Shown here in pieces: positions 1 through 10,185 of a stretch of 58,523 bases of DNA. The stretch comes from a bacterium (GTDB lineage: Bacteria > Patescibacteriota > Minisyncoccia > Phycocordibacterales > DATDWN01). Positions within the stretch are counted from its first letter, which is position 1. Each line of letters starts with the position of its first letter. Below the pieces are notes generated by a model. The model worked only from the letters and a program-made list of their open reading frames with translations. It did not search any database and was not told the origin of the DNA. The stretch spans positions 1-58,523 of the forward strand of contig JBAXLH010000005.1 of NCBI GenBank assembly GCA_037134875.1. Direction: 5' to 3'. The position numbers and the translations under genes are program-made.

Positions 1-40
1 GTGTACACATTAATTAACTCTACTAAAAAGTGACATATGT

Positions 41-847
41 GTGTGCACATTACCACATGTATTTGACAATATTAATTTGGAGGCAAAAGCTGCATATGTT
101 TTTGATATACAAAAAAATCAGGTTGTGTATGAAAACAATCAAAACACACAACTCCCACTCGCATCTCTTACAAAACTAATGACAGCACTCACCGCAATCA
201 AACTCATTCCTACAAATTCAAAAATAACAATAAAAAAGGAATTTATTGACTACAATGGAGATGAGAAGGGAATAACAGCTAATGAATCATGGACACTCAA
301 AGATCTTCTCGATTTTTCTCTTATTACATCCTCAAACGATGGAATGCGTTCTGTGGCTTCAGCTATTGGTTCACAAATTTTAAATAGTACCGACTACAGT
401 ATGGGACGAAAAGAGTTTGTGACAAAGATGAACGAAAATGCAAAATCTCTTGGACTCACTCAGACATATTATATTAACGAAAGCGGACTCGATGAAGGTA
501 AAGTAAATGGAGGATATGGTTCGGCGGAAAATATCGCACAGCTTATGGAATATATGCTCAAAAATTATCCACAGATTCTTGAGGCAACTAAATATCCGGT
601 GACAAAAATTAATTCTCTTTCAAAGACTCACACGGCAGTAAACACCGACACAGCAATAGAAAAAATCCCAAATCTTATCGCCTCAAAAACCGGATACACT
701 GATATTGCCGGCGGAAACTTGGCTGTAATTTTTGATGCTTCTATCGGCAGACCAATTGTTATTGTAGTACTCGGTTCTTCAGAAAATGGCCGATTTGAGG
801 ACGTAAAAACGCTCGTACAGGCAAGTTTGGCATATAGTAAAGAATAA
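41..847 (+). CDS. dacA: D-alanyl-D-alanine carboxypeptidase (peptidase S11); N-terminus uncertain
   Basis: SxxK (ASLTK), SxN (SSND) and KTG (SKTGYT) motifs. An in-frame stop at 11-13 means no N-terminal anchor is encoded in this frame. Confidence 0.85.
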   Translation: MCTLPHVFDNINLEAKAAYVFDIQKNQVVYENNQNTQLPLASLTKLMTALTAIKLIPTNSKITIKKEFIDYNGDEKGITANESWTLKDLLDFSLITSSNDGMRSVASAIGSQILNSTDYSMGRKEFVTKMNENAKSLGLTQTYYINESGLDEGKVNGGYGSAENIAQLMEYMLKNYPQILEATKYPVTKINSLSKTHTAVNTDTAIEKIPNLIASKTGYTDIAGGNLAVIFDASIGRPIVIVVLGSSENGRFEDVKTLVQASLAYSKE

Positions 848-861
848 AGTATACTGGAAAT

Positions 862-2823
862 ATGTGTGGAATTGCCGGGGTTATTGACCCAAATCTAAAC
901 GAAAAGGAAAAGGTAATAGGAGATATGGTCTCCAGTATTATTCATCGAGGACCTGACGATGACGGTTTTTTTGTTGATGGATATGTTGGTCTCGGAATGA
1001 GACGACTTTCTATTATTGACCTCTCCTCTGGTAGACAACCTATCACATCAGCAGACGACAGATTTCTAATATTTTTCAACGGAGAAATTTATAACTATCA
1101 GAGTCTTCGAAAAGAGCTTATTGAAAAAGGATACAAATTTAAAACACAAACTGATACCGAAGTTATTCTTCATATGTATAGTTTGTACGGAGAAAAAATG
1201 CTTCCGAAATTGCGTGGAATGTTTGTATTTTGTATTTATGATACACAAGAAAAAACTGTATTTTTGGCGCGAGATTTTTTTGGGATAAAACCTCTGTACT
1301 ATCTTGTCCAAAAAACCGTAAGTTCTCCGAGAGATGAGGCAAGTATTGTAGCCTTTTCATCAGAAATAAAAAGCTTTCTCACATATCCGGGGTTTATTCC
1401 ACAGGTAAATGATAGCGCAGTCTATAACTATCTTTCATTTCAATACAATCCACTCACAGAAACTTTTTTCAAATCTGTCTACAAACTCCCTCCGGCACAT
1501 TGGATGAAATTGGATCTCAAAAAGAGTACCGCAGAAATAAAACAATACTGGTCATTTGAGTTTGGTGAGAAAAAAATATTACCCAAAAAAGCTGAATTGA
1601 AAGAAAATAAAGGTGTTGATTATGATGTTGAAATTGATCCAATTGATCCAAACAAAAATAGACTCGTACTACCCAAAACAGAAGAAAAGGTTGCTGAGGT
1701 TGTATACGAAACCATAAAGGATTCTGTGAGTCACCATATGATTGCCGATGTTCCAGTAGGTTCATTTCTCTCCGGAGGAGTTGATAGCAGTATTATTGCT
1801 ACACTTATGCAGGAAATCCGAGGGGACAAAAAAATCAAAACATTCACTGTAGGCTTTGAAGGACTTACCGAAGGAAATGAATCAAAAGAAACATCTGATT
1901 TTCTTGGTACCGACCACACAGAGATCACAGTTGGAGCAGATGAATATTTTAATATATTACCTAAAGCCGTCTGGCATTTTGACGAGCCAGTTGCTGATCC
2001 ATCAGCTATTGGACTCTATTTTGTGGCTCGTGAGGCCAGAAAACATGTCAAAGTTGTCCTGTCTGGCGAGGGTGCGGATGAGTTTTTTGGTGGGTACAAT
2101 ATCTATCTCGAGCCATTTGCTCGCAAGAAAATACTCTGGATTCCAAAAGTTATTCTAGAGTTTGTCACAAAAATTCCTTTTGAATTCAGGGGTAAAAATT
2201 ATGCGCGCCGAGCAAGTCAGAGACTCAAAGACTGGTACATTGGAAATGCCTCAATTTTCAAAAAAGACGAAATTAAAAAAATATGGAAGGGAAGTCCGCA
2301 AAACTTGCAATCTCTCAACCTACTCTACGCACACACCGCGCACCTCAGCGAATCGACACAAATGCAATACATCGATATTCACACATGGCTTGTCGGTGAT
2401 ATTTTGGCAAAAGCCGACAAAATGACAATGGCAAATTCTCTCGAGCTCCGTGTTCCATTTTTGGATACCGAGATTGCTCGACTTGCCTCTGTTTTGCCAG
2501 ACACTCTCAAATGGAACGGGGGGATAACAAAATATATTTTAAGAAAAGCATTTGAAAAAAGAATTCCAGAGACAACACGTAATAGAAAAAAACTCGGCTT
2601 TCCAACACCTCTCCGTGACTGGCTCACTCCAGAGAGAAAAGATATATATGAGAAAATATTGTCCAACGAATATATTTCTTCACATATGGATGTGCAATAT
2701 ATACAAAAAACAATCTCCGATCATACTGAGAAAAAAGCTGATAATTCACGAAAAATCTATCTCCTCCTTATGCTCGCTTTGTGGTATAATGTGTATATTA
2801 AAGGCGAAAAAATATCCGTATGA
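862..2823 (+). CDS. asnB: Glutamine-hydrolysing amidotransferase, asparagine synthase B family
   Basis: N-terminal MCGIAG, HRGPD, RLSIID, FNGEIYN, SGGVDSS, SGEGADE and LRVPFLD motifs. Confidence 0.93.
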   Translation: MCGIAGVIDPNLNEKEKVIGDMVSSIIHRGPDDDGFFVDGYVGLGMRRLSIIDLSSGRQPITSADDRFLIFFNGEIYNYQSLRKELIEKGYKFKTQTDTEVILHMYSLYGEKMLPKLRGMFVFCIYDTQEKTVFLARDFFGIKPLYYLVQKTVSSPRDEASIVAFSSEIKSFLTYPGFIPQVNDSAVYNYLSFQYNPLTETFFKSVYKLPPAHWMKLDLKKSTAEIKQYWSFEFGEKKILPKKAELKENKGVDYDVEIDPIDPNKNRLVLPKTEEKVAEVVYETIKDSVSHHMIADVPVGSFLSGGVDSSIIATLMQEIRGDKKIKTFTVGFEGLTEGNESKETSDFLGTDHTEITVGADEYFNILPKAVWHFDEPVADPSAIGLYFVAREARKHVKVVLSGEGADEFFGGYNIYLEPFARKKILWIPKVILEFVTKIPFEFRGKNYARRASQRLKDWYIGNASIFKKDEIKKIWKGSPQNLQSLNLLYAHTAHLSESTQMQYIDIHTWLVGDILAKADKMTMANSLELRVPFLDTEIARLASVLPDTLKWNGGITKYILRKAFEKRIPETTRNRKKLGFPTPLRDWLTPERKDIYEKILSNEYISSHMDVQYIQKTISDHTEKKADNSRKIYLLLMLALWYNVYIKGEKISV

Positions 2824-3875
2824 TTAATGTTATCAAAATTGTAGTACCAGCAGTCGTGACTTTCTTTTTGGGTATTCTTATTACTCCGTTTTTTACTCAC
2901 TATTTCTACAAGTACAAAATGTGGAAAAAATCCGCTCGCACAGAAGCAGGGGATATTACCACAGATGATTTTGCAAAGGTACATAACACAAAGGGTGAGT
3001 TATCTACACCTCGTCCAGGAGGAATTATTGTTTGGTTTTCTGTAATTCTCACGGTTTTTATTATTTATTTGTTGTCACTACTTTTCCCCGGTGACTTGAC
3101 CCACAAATTAAACTTTTTCAGCCGAAGTCAGACTCTTCTGCCGATAGCAGTATTTATTTTAGGATCACTCATTGGTCTTGCTGATGATCTCCTCCAAGTC
3201 TTCAGCACTGGCTCATATGCAAGAGACAATATCGCAAACAGAAAGGTTAAAATTGGTTGCATTTTTATAATAGGAGTTATTGTGAGTTACTGGTTTTATT
3301 TCAAACTTGCAATGACCACTATTCATATTCCATTTTGGTATGACATTGATTTGGGTATTATGATAATTCCATTTTTCATTATGGTTATGTTTGCAGTATT
3401 TTCTACAAGTATTATTGATGGGATTGACGGACTATCGGGAGGCGTTATGGCATCAATATTTACTGCATATTCAGCCATTGCCTTTTTTCAAAACCAAATC
3501 GATATTGCAACACTTTGTGCAGTTATCGCAGGTGGAACACTCGCTTTTCTTTGGTTTAATATTCCTCCGGCACGATTTTATATGAGCGAGACTGGGATGA
3601 TTGGGCTTACTGTTGTTTTGTCTGTTATTGCTTTTTTGACCAACACAGTTCTCCTTTTACCGATCATTGCGTTGCCACTCGTAGCAACATCTCTGTCTGC
3701 TATTATTCAAATGATCTCTTATAAATACTTCAACAAACATCGCGTATTTCGTGTTGCTCCACTCCATCATCATTTCGAGGCAATCGGCTGGTCAAAAGAA
3801 AAGGTTGTTATGCGTTATTGGATTGTAAGTGTCGTATGCGCAATCATTGGAGTTATTCTTTCTATTGTCAGTTAA
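2820..3875 (+). CDS. mraY: Phospho-N-acetylmuramoyl-pentapeptide transferase
   Basis: TPRPGG, GLADD, DGIDGLSGG, FNIPPARFYM and APLHHHFE motifs; multi-TM; ATGA overlap with asnB. Confidence 0.95.
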   Translation: MINVIKIVVPAVVTFFLGILITPFFTHYFYKYKMWKKSARTEAGDITTDDFAKVHNTKGELSTPRPGGIIVWFSVILTVFIIYLLSLLFPGDLTHKLNFFSRSQTLLPIAVFILGSLIGLADDLLQVFSTGSYARDNIANRKVKIGCIFIIGVIVSYWFYFKLAMTTIHIPFWYDIDLGIMIIPFFIMVMFAVFSTSIIDGIDGLSGGVMASIFTAYSAIAFFQNQIDIATLCAVIAGGTLAFLWFNIPPARFYMSETGMIGLTVVLSVIAFLTNTVLLLPIIALPLVATSLSAIIQMISYKYFNKHRVFRVAPLHHHFEAIGWSKEKVVMRYWIVSVVCAIIGVILSIVS

Positions 3876-3898
3876 TGTGTCTGTGTGTATAAAATTCG

Positions 3899-5008
3899 AT
3901 GAAAACAATCAAAGTTGACATTCCATTTCTCATATCAATTTTTATTTTTGTCGTCGCTGGCTTTCTGATTTTTTCATCTGCATCCCTCGGCCTTTTATCA
4001 AATCCTAATGGGAAATATTCATCGGTGACATTCAGTCAAACATTTTTTGGTCTTGGACTAGGACTCATTTTTTGTTGGATAACGTCGAGAATTGATTATA
4101 GACTTTACAGAAATTACTCTTTCTGGCTTTTTATTCTCTCTATTCTAGCCACATTACTTGTTTTTGTACCTGGAATAGGAGTTCTCCACGGCGGAGCACA
4201 TAGATGGATCTATATTTTTGGTTACTCATTTCAACCATCCGAGCTTTTGAAAATTGGCTTTATATTTTATTTGTCAGCATGGTATGCGGGAGTTAAAGAA
4301 AAAGTAATTACATTCAAAGATGGTTTTCTACCTTTTCTTATTTTGTCAGCAATTGTCAGCGGAATTCTCTTGAAACAACCAGATACCGACACACTGATGA
4401 TTACAATTTTTTCTGGAATTGCAATTTTTCTCTCGGCTGGTGGAAAATGGAAACATCTTATTGCCTTCGGGGCTCTCGTTATTGTTGGATTTGTCGGGCT
4501 TGTTTTTGCCAGACCATACCTTATGAGTCGCGTGACAACATTTTTAAATCCAGCAGACAATGCGCTAGGTAGTGGTTATCAAATACAACAGTCTCTCATT
4601 GCAATTGGATCTGGAGGAATTTTTGGGAGAGGATTTGGTCAAAGTATCCAAAAGTTTGATAATCATTTGCCAGAACCAATAGGGGACTCAATTTTTGCTG
4701 TGGCCGGTGAAGAATTTGGCTTTCTAGGTACCACAGTAATACTCGCCCTTTTTGTTTTTTTTGCCTTTAGAGGCCTCAAAATAGCCAATCAAAGTCCCGA
4801 TATTTTCGGTAGACTAGTGACCGTTGGAATTGTTATAATGATTGTATCCCAGGCTTTTGTAAATATAAGCGCTATGGTGGGTGTTTTGCCTTTGTCTGGC
4901 ATAACACTACCATTTATTAGTCACGGTGGAACATCATTATTTATGACGCTTGCCGAGGTGGGAATTATTTTGAATATTTCAAAACACAGAAAATTGAAAA
5001 AAAACTAA
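3899..5008 (+). CDS. ftsW: SEDS peptidoglycan polymerase FtsW/RodA
   Basis: GAHRWI, FQPSELLK, KQPD, GYQIQQSLIAIGSGG, EEFGF and LPFISHGGTS; lies between mraY and murG. Confidence 0.93.
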   Translation: MKTIKVDIPFLISIFIFVVAGFLIFSSASLGLLSNPNGKYSSVTFSQTFFGLGLGLIFCWITSRIDYRLYRNYSFWLFILSILATLLVFVPGIGVLHGGAHRWIYIFGYSFQPSELLKIGFIFYLSAWYAGVKEKVITFKDGFLPFLILSAIVSGILLKQPDTDTLMITIFSGIAIFLSAGGKWKHLIAFGALVIVGFVGLVFARPYLMSRVTTFLNPADNALGSGYQIQQSLIAIGSGGIFGRGFGQSIQKFDNHLPEPIGDSIFAVAGEEFGFLGTTVILALFVFFAFRGLKIANQSPDIFGRLVTVGIVIMIVSQAFVNISAMVGVLPLSGITLPFISHGGTSLFMTLAEVGIILNISKHRKLKKN

Positions 5009-5009
5009 T

Positions 5010-6149
5010 ATGAAAATACTTTTAACTGGTGGAGGTAGTGGTGGACATTTTTATCCTATTATCGCCATTGCTGACGAAATAAACAACATCACAAAAGAAA
5101 ACCGTCTGGTCAGACCGGAAATTTTCTTTATGTCCAATGATCCATACAACGAAGGATTGCTCTACGAAAACAACATTACATTTGTCCAAGCGATGTCTGG
5201 AAAGGTTCGAGTCAAACCATCATTCACAAGTATTATTCTCAACTTTTTTGACTTCTTCAAAATTGTATTCGGCTCAATTGGCGCACTCTGGTCCGTGTTT
5301 AGTATCTATCCCGATGTTGTTTTTGGAAAAGGTGGATTTTCCAGTTTTCCAGCACTCCTCGCGGCACGGATTTTGAGAATCCCAGTTGTCATCCACGAAT
5401 CCGACAGTGCTCCCGGCAGAGTAAACCTCTGGGCCGGTAAATTTGCGAGGAAGATAGCACTATCCTATCCAGATGCAGCATCATATTTTCCAAAAGATAA
5501 AGTCGCGTACACCGGTAACCCAATCAGAAAAGAAGTTATGGAAGCTCTCTCGGTCGGTGCACACGAATACTTGAAACTCGATCCAAGCATTCCAACAATT
5601 CTCATTCTCGGTGGTTCTCAGGGTGCACAGATTATAAACGAAGTTATTATGGATGCACTTCCAAGACTTGTAGAACAGTATCAAGTTATTCATCAAACTG
5701 GAAAAAATAATATAAAAGTAATACAAGAAACAAGTGCTGTTATTCTCCAAGCAAATTCCCACAAAGACAGGTATCGACCATATGACTATCTGAATATTTT
5801 GACACAGAGAATGTCTGCTGGTGCATGTGACATCATTGTCTCTCGAGCAGGGTCAACTATTTTTGAAATTGCATCATGGGCAAAACCAAGTATTTTGATT
5901 CCCATAACAAATTCAAATGGAGATCATCAACGCAAAAATGCATACTCGTATGCTCGGTCAGGCGCCGCAATTGTCATTGAGGAAAAAAATCTAGTTGCAA
6001 ATGTTCTTGTGGCAGAAATTAACAGAATTATGGGAAATAAAGATGAGATTGAAAAAATGAAAGCATCCGCACAAGCGTTTGCAAAGAGAGATGCAGCTCG
6101 TCTGATCGCCGAAGAAATTGTAAAAATTGCTCTTGAGCACGAAAAATAA
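5010..6149 (+). CDS. murG: Lipid II GlcNAc transferase MurG
   Basis: GGGSGGHFYP, HESDSAPG, TGNPIR, GGSQGA, SRAG and HQRKNA motifs. Confidence 0.96.
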   Translation: MKILLTGGGSGGHFYPIIAIADEINNITKENRLVRPEIFFMSNDPYNEGLLYENNITFVQAMSGKVRVKPSFTSIILNFFDFFKIVFGSIGALWSVFSIYPDVVFGKGGFSSFPALLAARILRIPVVIHESDSAPGRVNLWAGKFARKIALSYPDAASYFPKDKVAYTGNPIRKEVMEALSVGAHEYLKLDPSIPTILILGGSQGAQIINEVIMDALPRLVEQYQVIHQTGKNNIKVIQETSAVILQANSHKDRYRPYDYLNILTQRMSAGACDIIVSRAGSTIFEIASWAKPSILIPITNSNGDHQRKNAYSYARSGAAIVIEEKNLVANVLVAEINRIMGNKDEIEKMKASAQAFAKRDAARLIAEEIVKIALEHEK

Positions 6150-6150
6150 A

Positions 6151-7635
6151 ATGGAACATACAAACAAAAAAGTTGTCACACGTTTTGCACCGTCTCCCAC
6201 AGGTTTTATGCATGTGGGAAATGTGCGTACTGCTCTCTATGCATGGCTTTTTGCGAGGAAAAGTAACGGTGTTTTCATTTTGCGAATCGAGGACACTGAT
6301 CAGAAAAGAGAAGTGGAAGGTTCTAGAGAACATATACTCAAAGCGCTGAAATGGTTGGGTTTAGATTGGGATCAAGGTCCAGATGTTGGAGGTCCTTTTA
6401 CCCCATATGTTCAATCAGAGAGACTAAAACAGCTTGATATTTATAAAAAATATGCAGAAAAACTTATAGAAAAGGGTTATGCATATGCAGATACAAAATC
6501 TGAAGAAGAACTTGATGCTTTGCGAAAAAAAGCTGAGAATGAAAAACGACCTTTCTTATATCGTGAACATAGACCTGAAAATACTCCAAAGTGGGAAGTT
6601 GGAATGCCTTTGCGATTTAAAATAAAAGAATTAAAACGAACAACTTGGAATGATATTGTGAGGGGTGAACTCTCTGCAGGACCGGAAGCTTTGGATGATT
6701 TTATTTTAATTAAAAGTGATAGTTTTCCTACGTATAATTTTGCTCATATTGTGGATGATATTGAAATGGGTGTAACTCATGTCGTTCGTGGACAAGAATT
6801 TATTTCTTCAACGCCAAATTATATTTCTGTGTATGAAGCATTAGGTGCCACAGAGCCTTCATATATAACAGTGCCTCCAATTATGGGAGCGGATGGCAAA
6901 AGAAAACTAGGCAAACGTGACGGTGCAAAAGACATTTTGGATTATGAAAAAGAAGGATATCTCCCTGACACGATGATAAATTTTCTTACGTTTCTCGGAT
7001 TTAATCCGGGTGGAGAAAAAGAAATATACACCAGAGAGGAACTTATTGATGTTTTTGACTTACAAAAAATTCACAAAGCTGGCGCACAATGGAGCGATGA
7101 CAAACTCGACTGGATGAACAAAGAACATATGAAGCTCTTGGATGAACATGAGAGAAACCAGAAAATATATGAGAGACTTTCTGAGAACAAAGAAATTTCA
7201 ACATATAAAAAATTGCAGGATATAAATTTTATGCAAAAAATATATCCGATAATTTTTGATAGAATTTCAAAATGGGGAGATATTGATTTGCTTGTTGGGG
7301 CAGGGGAGTTATCATACTTTTTTGAAGCACCTGAATATGATGAAAAACAGCTTGGCTGGAAAGGGGAGTCCCCTCGCGAAGAAACCAAAAAACATTTGGA
7401 GTGGGTTAAACAAACTCTCGAAAATGCCGACCCAGAATCATTTAGTGATAGTGAAAAGATAAAATCATTGATTTTTGATTATGCAACAGAAGTCGGTCGT
7501 GGTCAAGTATTATGGCCGTTGCGTGTTTCGTTATCTGGAAAAGAAAAAAGTCCTGATCCATTTACTCTTATATACATTCTCGGAAAAGAAGAAACTCTTT
7601 TACGTATAGAAACTGCAATTGCCAAAGTTTCATAA
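6151..7635 (+). CDS. gltX: Glutamate--tRNA ligase
   Basis: TRFAPSPTGFMHVGN, RIEDTD and KLGKRDG motifs; ATG at 6151 just after the murG stop. Confidence 0.96.
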   Translation: MEHTNKKVVTRFAPSPTGFMHVGNVRTALYAWLFARKSNGVFILRIEDTDQKREVEGSREHILKALKWLGLDWDQGPDVGGPFTPYVQSERLKQLDIYKKYAEKLIEKGYAYADTKSEEELDALRKKAENEKRPFLYREHRPENTPKWEVGMPLRFKIKELKRTTWNDIVRGELSAGPEALDDFILIKSDSFPTYNFAHIVDDIEMGVTHVVRGQEFISSTPNYISVYEALGATEPSYITVPPIMGADGKRKLGKRDGAKDILDYEKEGYLPDTMINFLTFLGFNPGGEKEIYTREELIDVFDLQKIHKAGAQWSDDKLDWMNKEHMKLLDEHERNQKIYERLSENKEISTYKKLQDINFMQKIYPIIFDRISKWGDIDLLVGAGELSYFFEAPEYDEKQLGWKGESPREETKKHLEWVKQTLENADPESFSDSEKIKSLIFDYATEVGRGQVLWPLRVSLSGKEKSPDPFTLIYILGKEETLLRIETAIAKVS

Positions 7636-7638
7636 ATA

Positions 7639-8943
7639 ATGAAAATAAACAAACCTGTAATCATAATTTGTATGTTTTTGATGCTAGGTACGACACCGGC
7701 ATCTTTTGTGTCTGCCGTAACCGCCACTAGTACAGCTACAAGTACCGCAGCAGATGAATTAAAGCTCAAAATTGAAGATAGAAACAACCAGATCAAACAA
7801 CTTGAATACGAAATCAGCCAGTATAACAATGAAGTCCAAAAAATAAGTGGCGAAGCAACAACTCTACAAAAAACACTTCAAACCTTGGACTTAACCCAGA
7901 AAAAAATCACCACAGACATCACGCTTACAGACAGAAAAATAAGCAAAACAACTCTGACAATAACTCAAACTCAAAATGAGATTGTGGACATTCAAAACAG
8001 TGTTGCCCAGAACAAAAAAGCAATATATTCTCTCATTCAAAATATCAGGATGATAGAGGATAATAATATCGTCGCTCAATTTTTGTTTAGCAAAAACCTT
8101 GGTGACATATGGACCGATGTTGATACAATGAACCAAGTCCAGAATCAAATAAAGATTAAATCCGACCAGCTTAGGCTCCTACAAGCTAGTTTGGAGAATA
8201 AAAAAAACCAACTAGGTACGCAGAAAAAGAATTTGAGTTCGCTTAAACAGGATCTAAGTGGCAAAAAACAGGCCGTAGAAGTCACAAAACAAGAGAAAGC
8301 AACCATCCTTGCCCAGACAAAAAACAAAGAACAGGTCTACAAAGAAATCGTAAAAACAAAAGAGGAACAGAAAGCTCAATTTGAAAAAGAGCTGTATGAT
8401 TTTGAATCACAACTCAACCTTGTAGTGGACAAGAGTAAATATCCATCAGCACGGATTGGACTCTTTGCATGGCCACTCGACAACGCATATATTACACAAC
8501 GATTTGGTGTGACAGTTGATTCCAAGAGACTATATTTGTCCGGCTCTCATAATGGAATTGATTTCAGAGCAACTGTAGGCACGCGAGTCAAAAGCATTGG
8601 GAGCGGAATTGTTGTGGGTACTGGCAACACTGATATATATCCAGGATGTTATTCGTTTGGAAAATGGGTTATGATTGATCATCAAAATGGACTCTCATCA
8701 ATATACGGTCATTTGTCGGTTATTAGCGTATCAAAAGGTCAAGAATTGCAAGCTGGAGACCTAATTGGATACAGTGGAAACACTGGATACACAACAGGCC
8801 CACATTTGCACCTCGGAATATATGCAACTCAAGGTGTGAGAATCGAACAATTTGTAAACAGTCGGGGATGCAAGCAAGCAATAATTCCACTCGCTGACAC
8901 AAAAGCATATTTGGATCCAATGGCATATATGCCAGCATATTAA
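7639..8943 (+). CDS. Secreted coiled-coil + M23 metallopeptidase (EnvC/CwlO-like murein hydrolase)
   Basis: Signal peptide, long Q/K/L coiled coil, HNGIDF and GPHLHL zinc motifs. Confidence 0.88.
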   Translation: MKINKPVIIICMFLMLGTTPASFVSAVTATSTATSTAADELKLKIEDRNNQIKQLEYEISQYNNEVQKISGEATTLQKTLQTLDLTQKKITTDITLTDRKISKTTLTITQTQNEIVDIQNSVAQNKKAIYSLIQNIRMIEDNNIVAQFLFSKNLGDIWTDVDTMNQVQNQIKIKSDQLRLLQASLENKKNQLGTQKKNLSSLKQDLSGKKQAVEVTKQEKATILAQTKNKEQVYKEIVKTKEEQKAQFEKELYDFESQLNLVVDKSKYPSARIGLFAWPLDNAYITQRFGVTVDSKRLYLSGSHNGIDFRATVGTRVKSIGSGIVVGTGNTDIYPGCYSFGKWVMIDHQNGLSSIYGHLSVISVSKGQELQAGDLIGYSGNTGYTTGPHLHLGIYATQGVRIEQFVNSRGCKQAIIPLADTKAYLDPMAYMPAY

Positions 8944-9005
8944 AAGGTAACTGGAGACGATAAAACAATACTGGGAAAAAGGGAACAAATATTTAGAAGA
9001 ACGAA

Positions 9006-9093
9006 GCCATTATTGTGCGATGAGAACAAAGTGAACATTGCACAATAATGGCAATCTTTTGGTAAGTCGCCCTACGGGCACTTACCAAAAGAT
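9006..9093. repeat. Twin long hairpins
   Basis: 13-bp stem gccattattgtgc/gcacaataatggc (9006-9052) and 14-bp stem atcttttggtaagt/acttaccaaaagat (9054-9093) with inner gccc-tacg-ggc. Confidence 0.75.
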
Positions 9094-9170
9094 ATATTGT
9101 GCGACGTGGTCTGTAGAGAGAGAAAACCACTTCCCTCAACCAAAAATAGACAAAAAAAACAAAACTCGCA

Positions 9171-9581
9171 TTACGCGAGATTTTTAAAATTTTTTATTTC
9201 TACAGAGAATACGTTCATCCTATCCTCCGATTTTTTTCTCTTGGTCATTTGAGATTGTATGATAAGTACATCATCTTCCGAGAACCGGATTTCCATTATG
9301 TACTCCCCTCTTTTGAGTTCATTTTTTGTGATGTGACATACAATGAGAAATGCATCCTGAAAAAGAAGTACGATAATATGTTTGACTCGTTCAAGCATAT
9401 TATTTCTATTTATTGTATGTGTAGGTTCACAACTCTCTTCACAAATGATTTTTATGATATCCAAAAAATGATTGACGACGATATATCCGTTTTTTGTCAT
9501 CCGGAGAATAGTCGGATCAATCATCAAACGAATTTCTTTTGGTGCGAGGGACATAAGACCACATCTTCCAGTACATAGCAT
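9171..9581 (-). CDS. Hypothetical protein (start uncertain, 9581 or 9554)
   Basis: Open frame with A-rich coding-strand bias and no recognisable motif; competes with the + ORF at 9249-9578. Confidence 0.35.
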   Translation of the reverse strand: MLCTGRCGLMSLAPKEIRLMIDPTILRMTKNGYIVVNHFLDIIKIICEESCEPTHTINRNNMLERVKHIIVLLFQDAFLIVCHITKNELKRGEYIMEIRFSEDDVLIIQSQMTKRKKSEDRMNVFSVEIKNFKNLA

Positions 9582-9604
9582 ACCCCCACCACACACCCTG
9601 TCAA

Positions 9605-9635
9605 ACACAACAAAAACCCCTTTCGGGGCTTTTGT
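9605..9635 (-). terminator. Intrinsic terminator of the lysozyme-like gene
   Basis: On the minus strand, aaaagcccc-gaaa-ggggttttt followed by a T-rich tail. Confidence 0.7.
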
Positions 9636-9642
9636 GTAGTTG

Positions 9643-10185
9643 TTACTTATTGAGAGCGATTGTCTGAGAAGCGTCTGTCTGTGCAGTTTGAGTCTGGTAT
9701 TTACCCCAACATGCTCTAGATGAGCTCCATGGCTGTGTGCCCTGTTTCTCATACAATTCGCGTGCGTAGGCAGTATTACCTTCGAGTGTATAGATGTTAT
9801 AATTTTTTTCCTGAGATGTTTCGAGATGATAATGCTCGTTTATCTGCATCACACCAACATCCTCATTATTTACAACTCCTCGATGGATACTTCCATCCTT
9901 ATCAAGCTGTCTAAAGTGAGATTCACATTTTGCAATCTGAATCATAATGGGTATGTCAGAGAAGTACTTTCGCACGTACTCTTCGGTACTCATGATGATT
10001 TCCACTTCTTTTCTCGATATTTCTCTTACAATGTTCTGGTCCTCCAGTTTTGGAGCGTCTGTGACTGTGACTGGACTTGCGAGTCCCCCAGCTGCAGACA
10101 TAACCATAAGCAAACTAATAGCAGTGAAATTTAAAATACGTGTGTGTTTAGATAATAATTCTGAATGTAATGCGGTAGTGGACAC
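9643..10185 (-). CDS. Secreted lysozyme-like / SLT (Rpf-like) transglycosylase
   Basis: Hydrophobic N-region, IAKCES catalytic-Glu motif, GVMQIN, and GTQPWSSSRACW; start uncertain. Confidence 0.75.
   Translation of the reverse strand: MSTTALHSELLSKHTRILNFTAISLLMVMSAAGGLASPVTVTDAPKLEDQNIVREISRKEVEIIMSTEEYVRKYFSDIPIMIQIAKCESHFRQLDKDGSIHRGVVNNEDVGVMQINEHYHLETSQEKNYNIYTLEGNTAYARELYEKQGTQPWSSSRACWGKYQTQTAQTDASQTIALNK

Noticed and set aside
1560-1690. AsnB insertion as another palindromic element or an intein
   Set aside because: The DNA is not palindromic, and there are no intein Cys/His-Asn termini.
9249-9578. Plus-strand 109-aa ORF
   Set aside because: It overlaps a minus-strand frame with more coding-like composition; TTG start and no motif. 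I cannot firmly choose between them.
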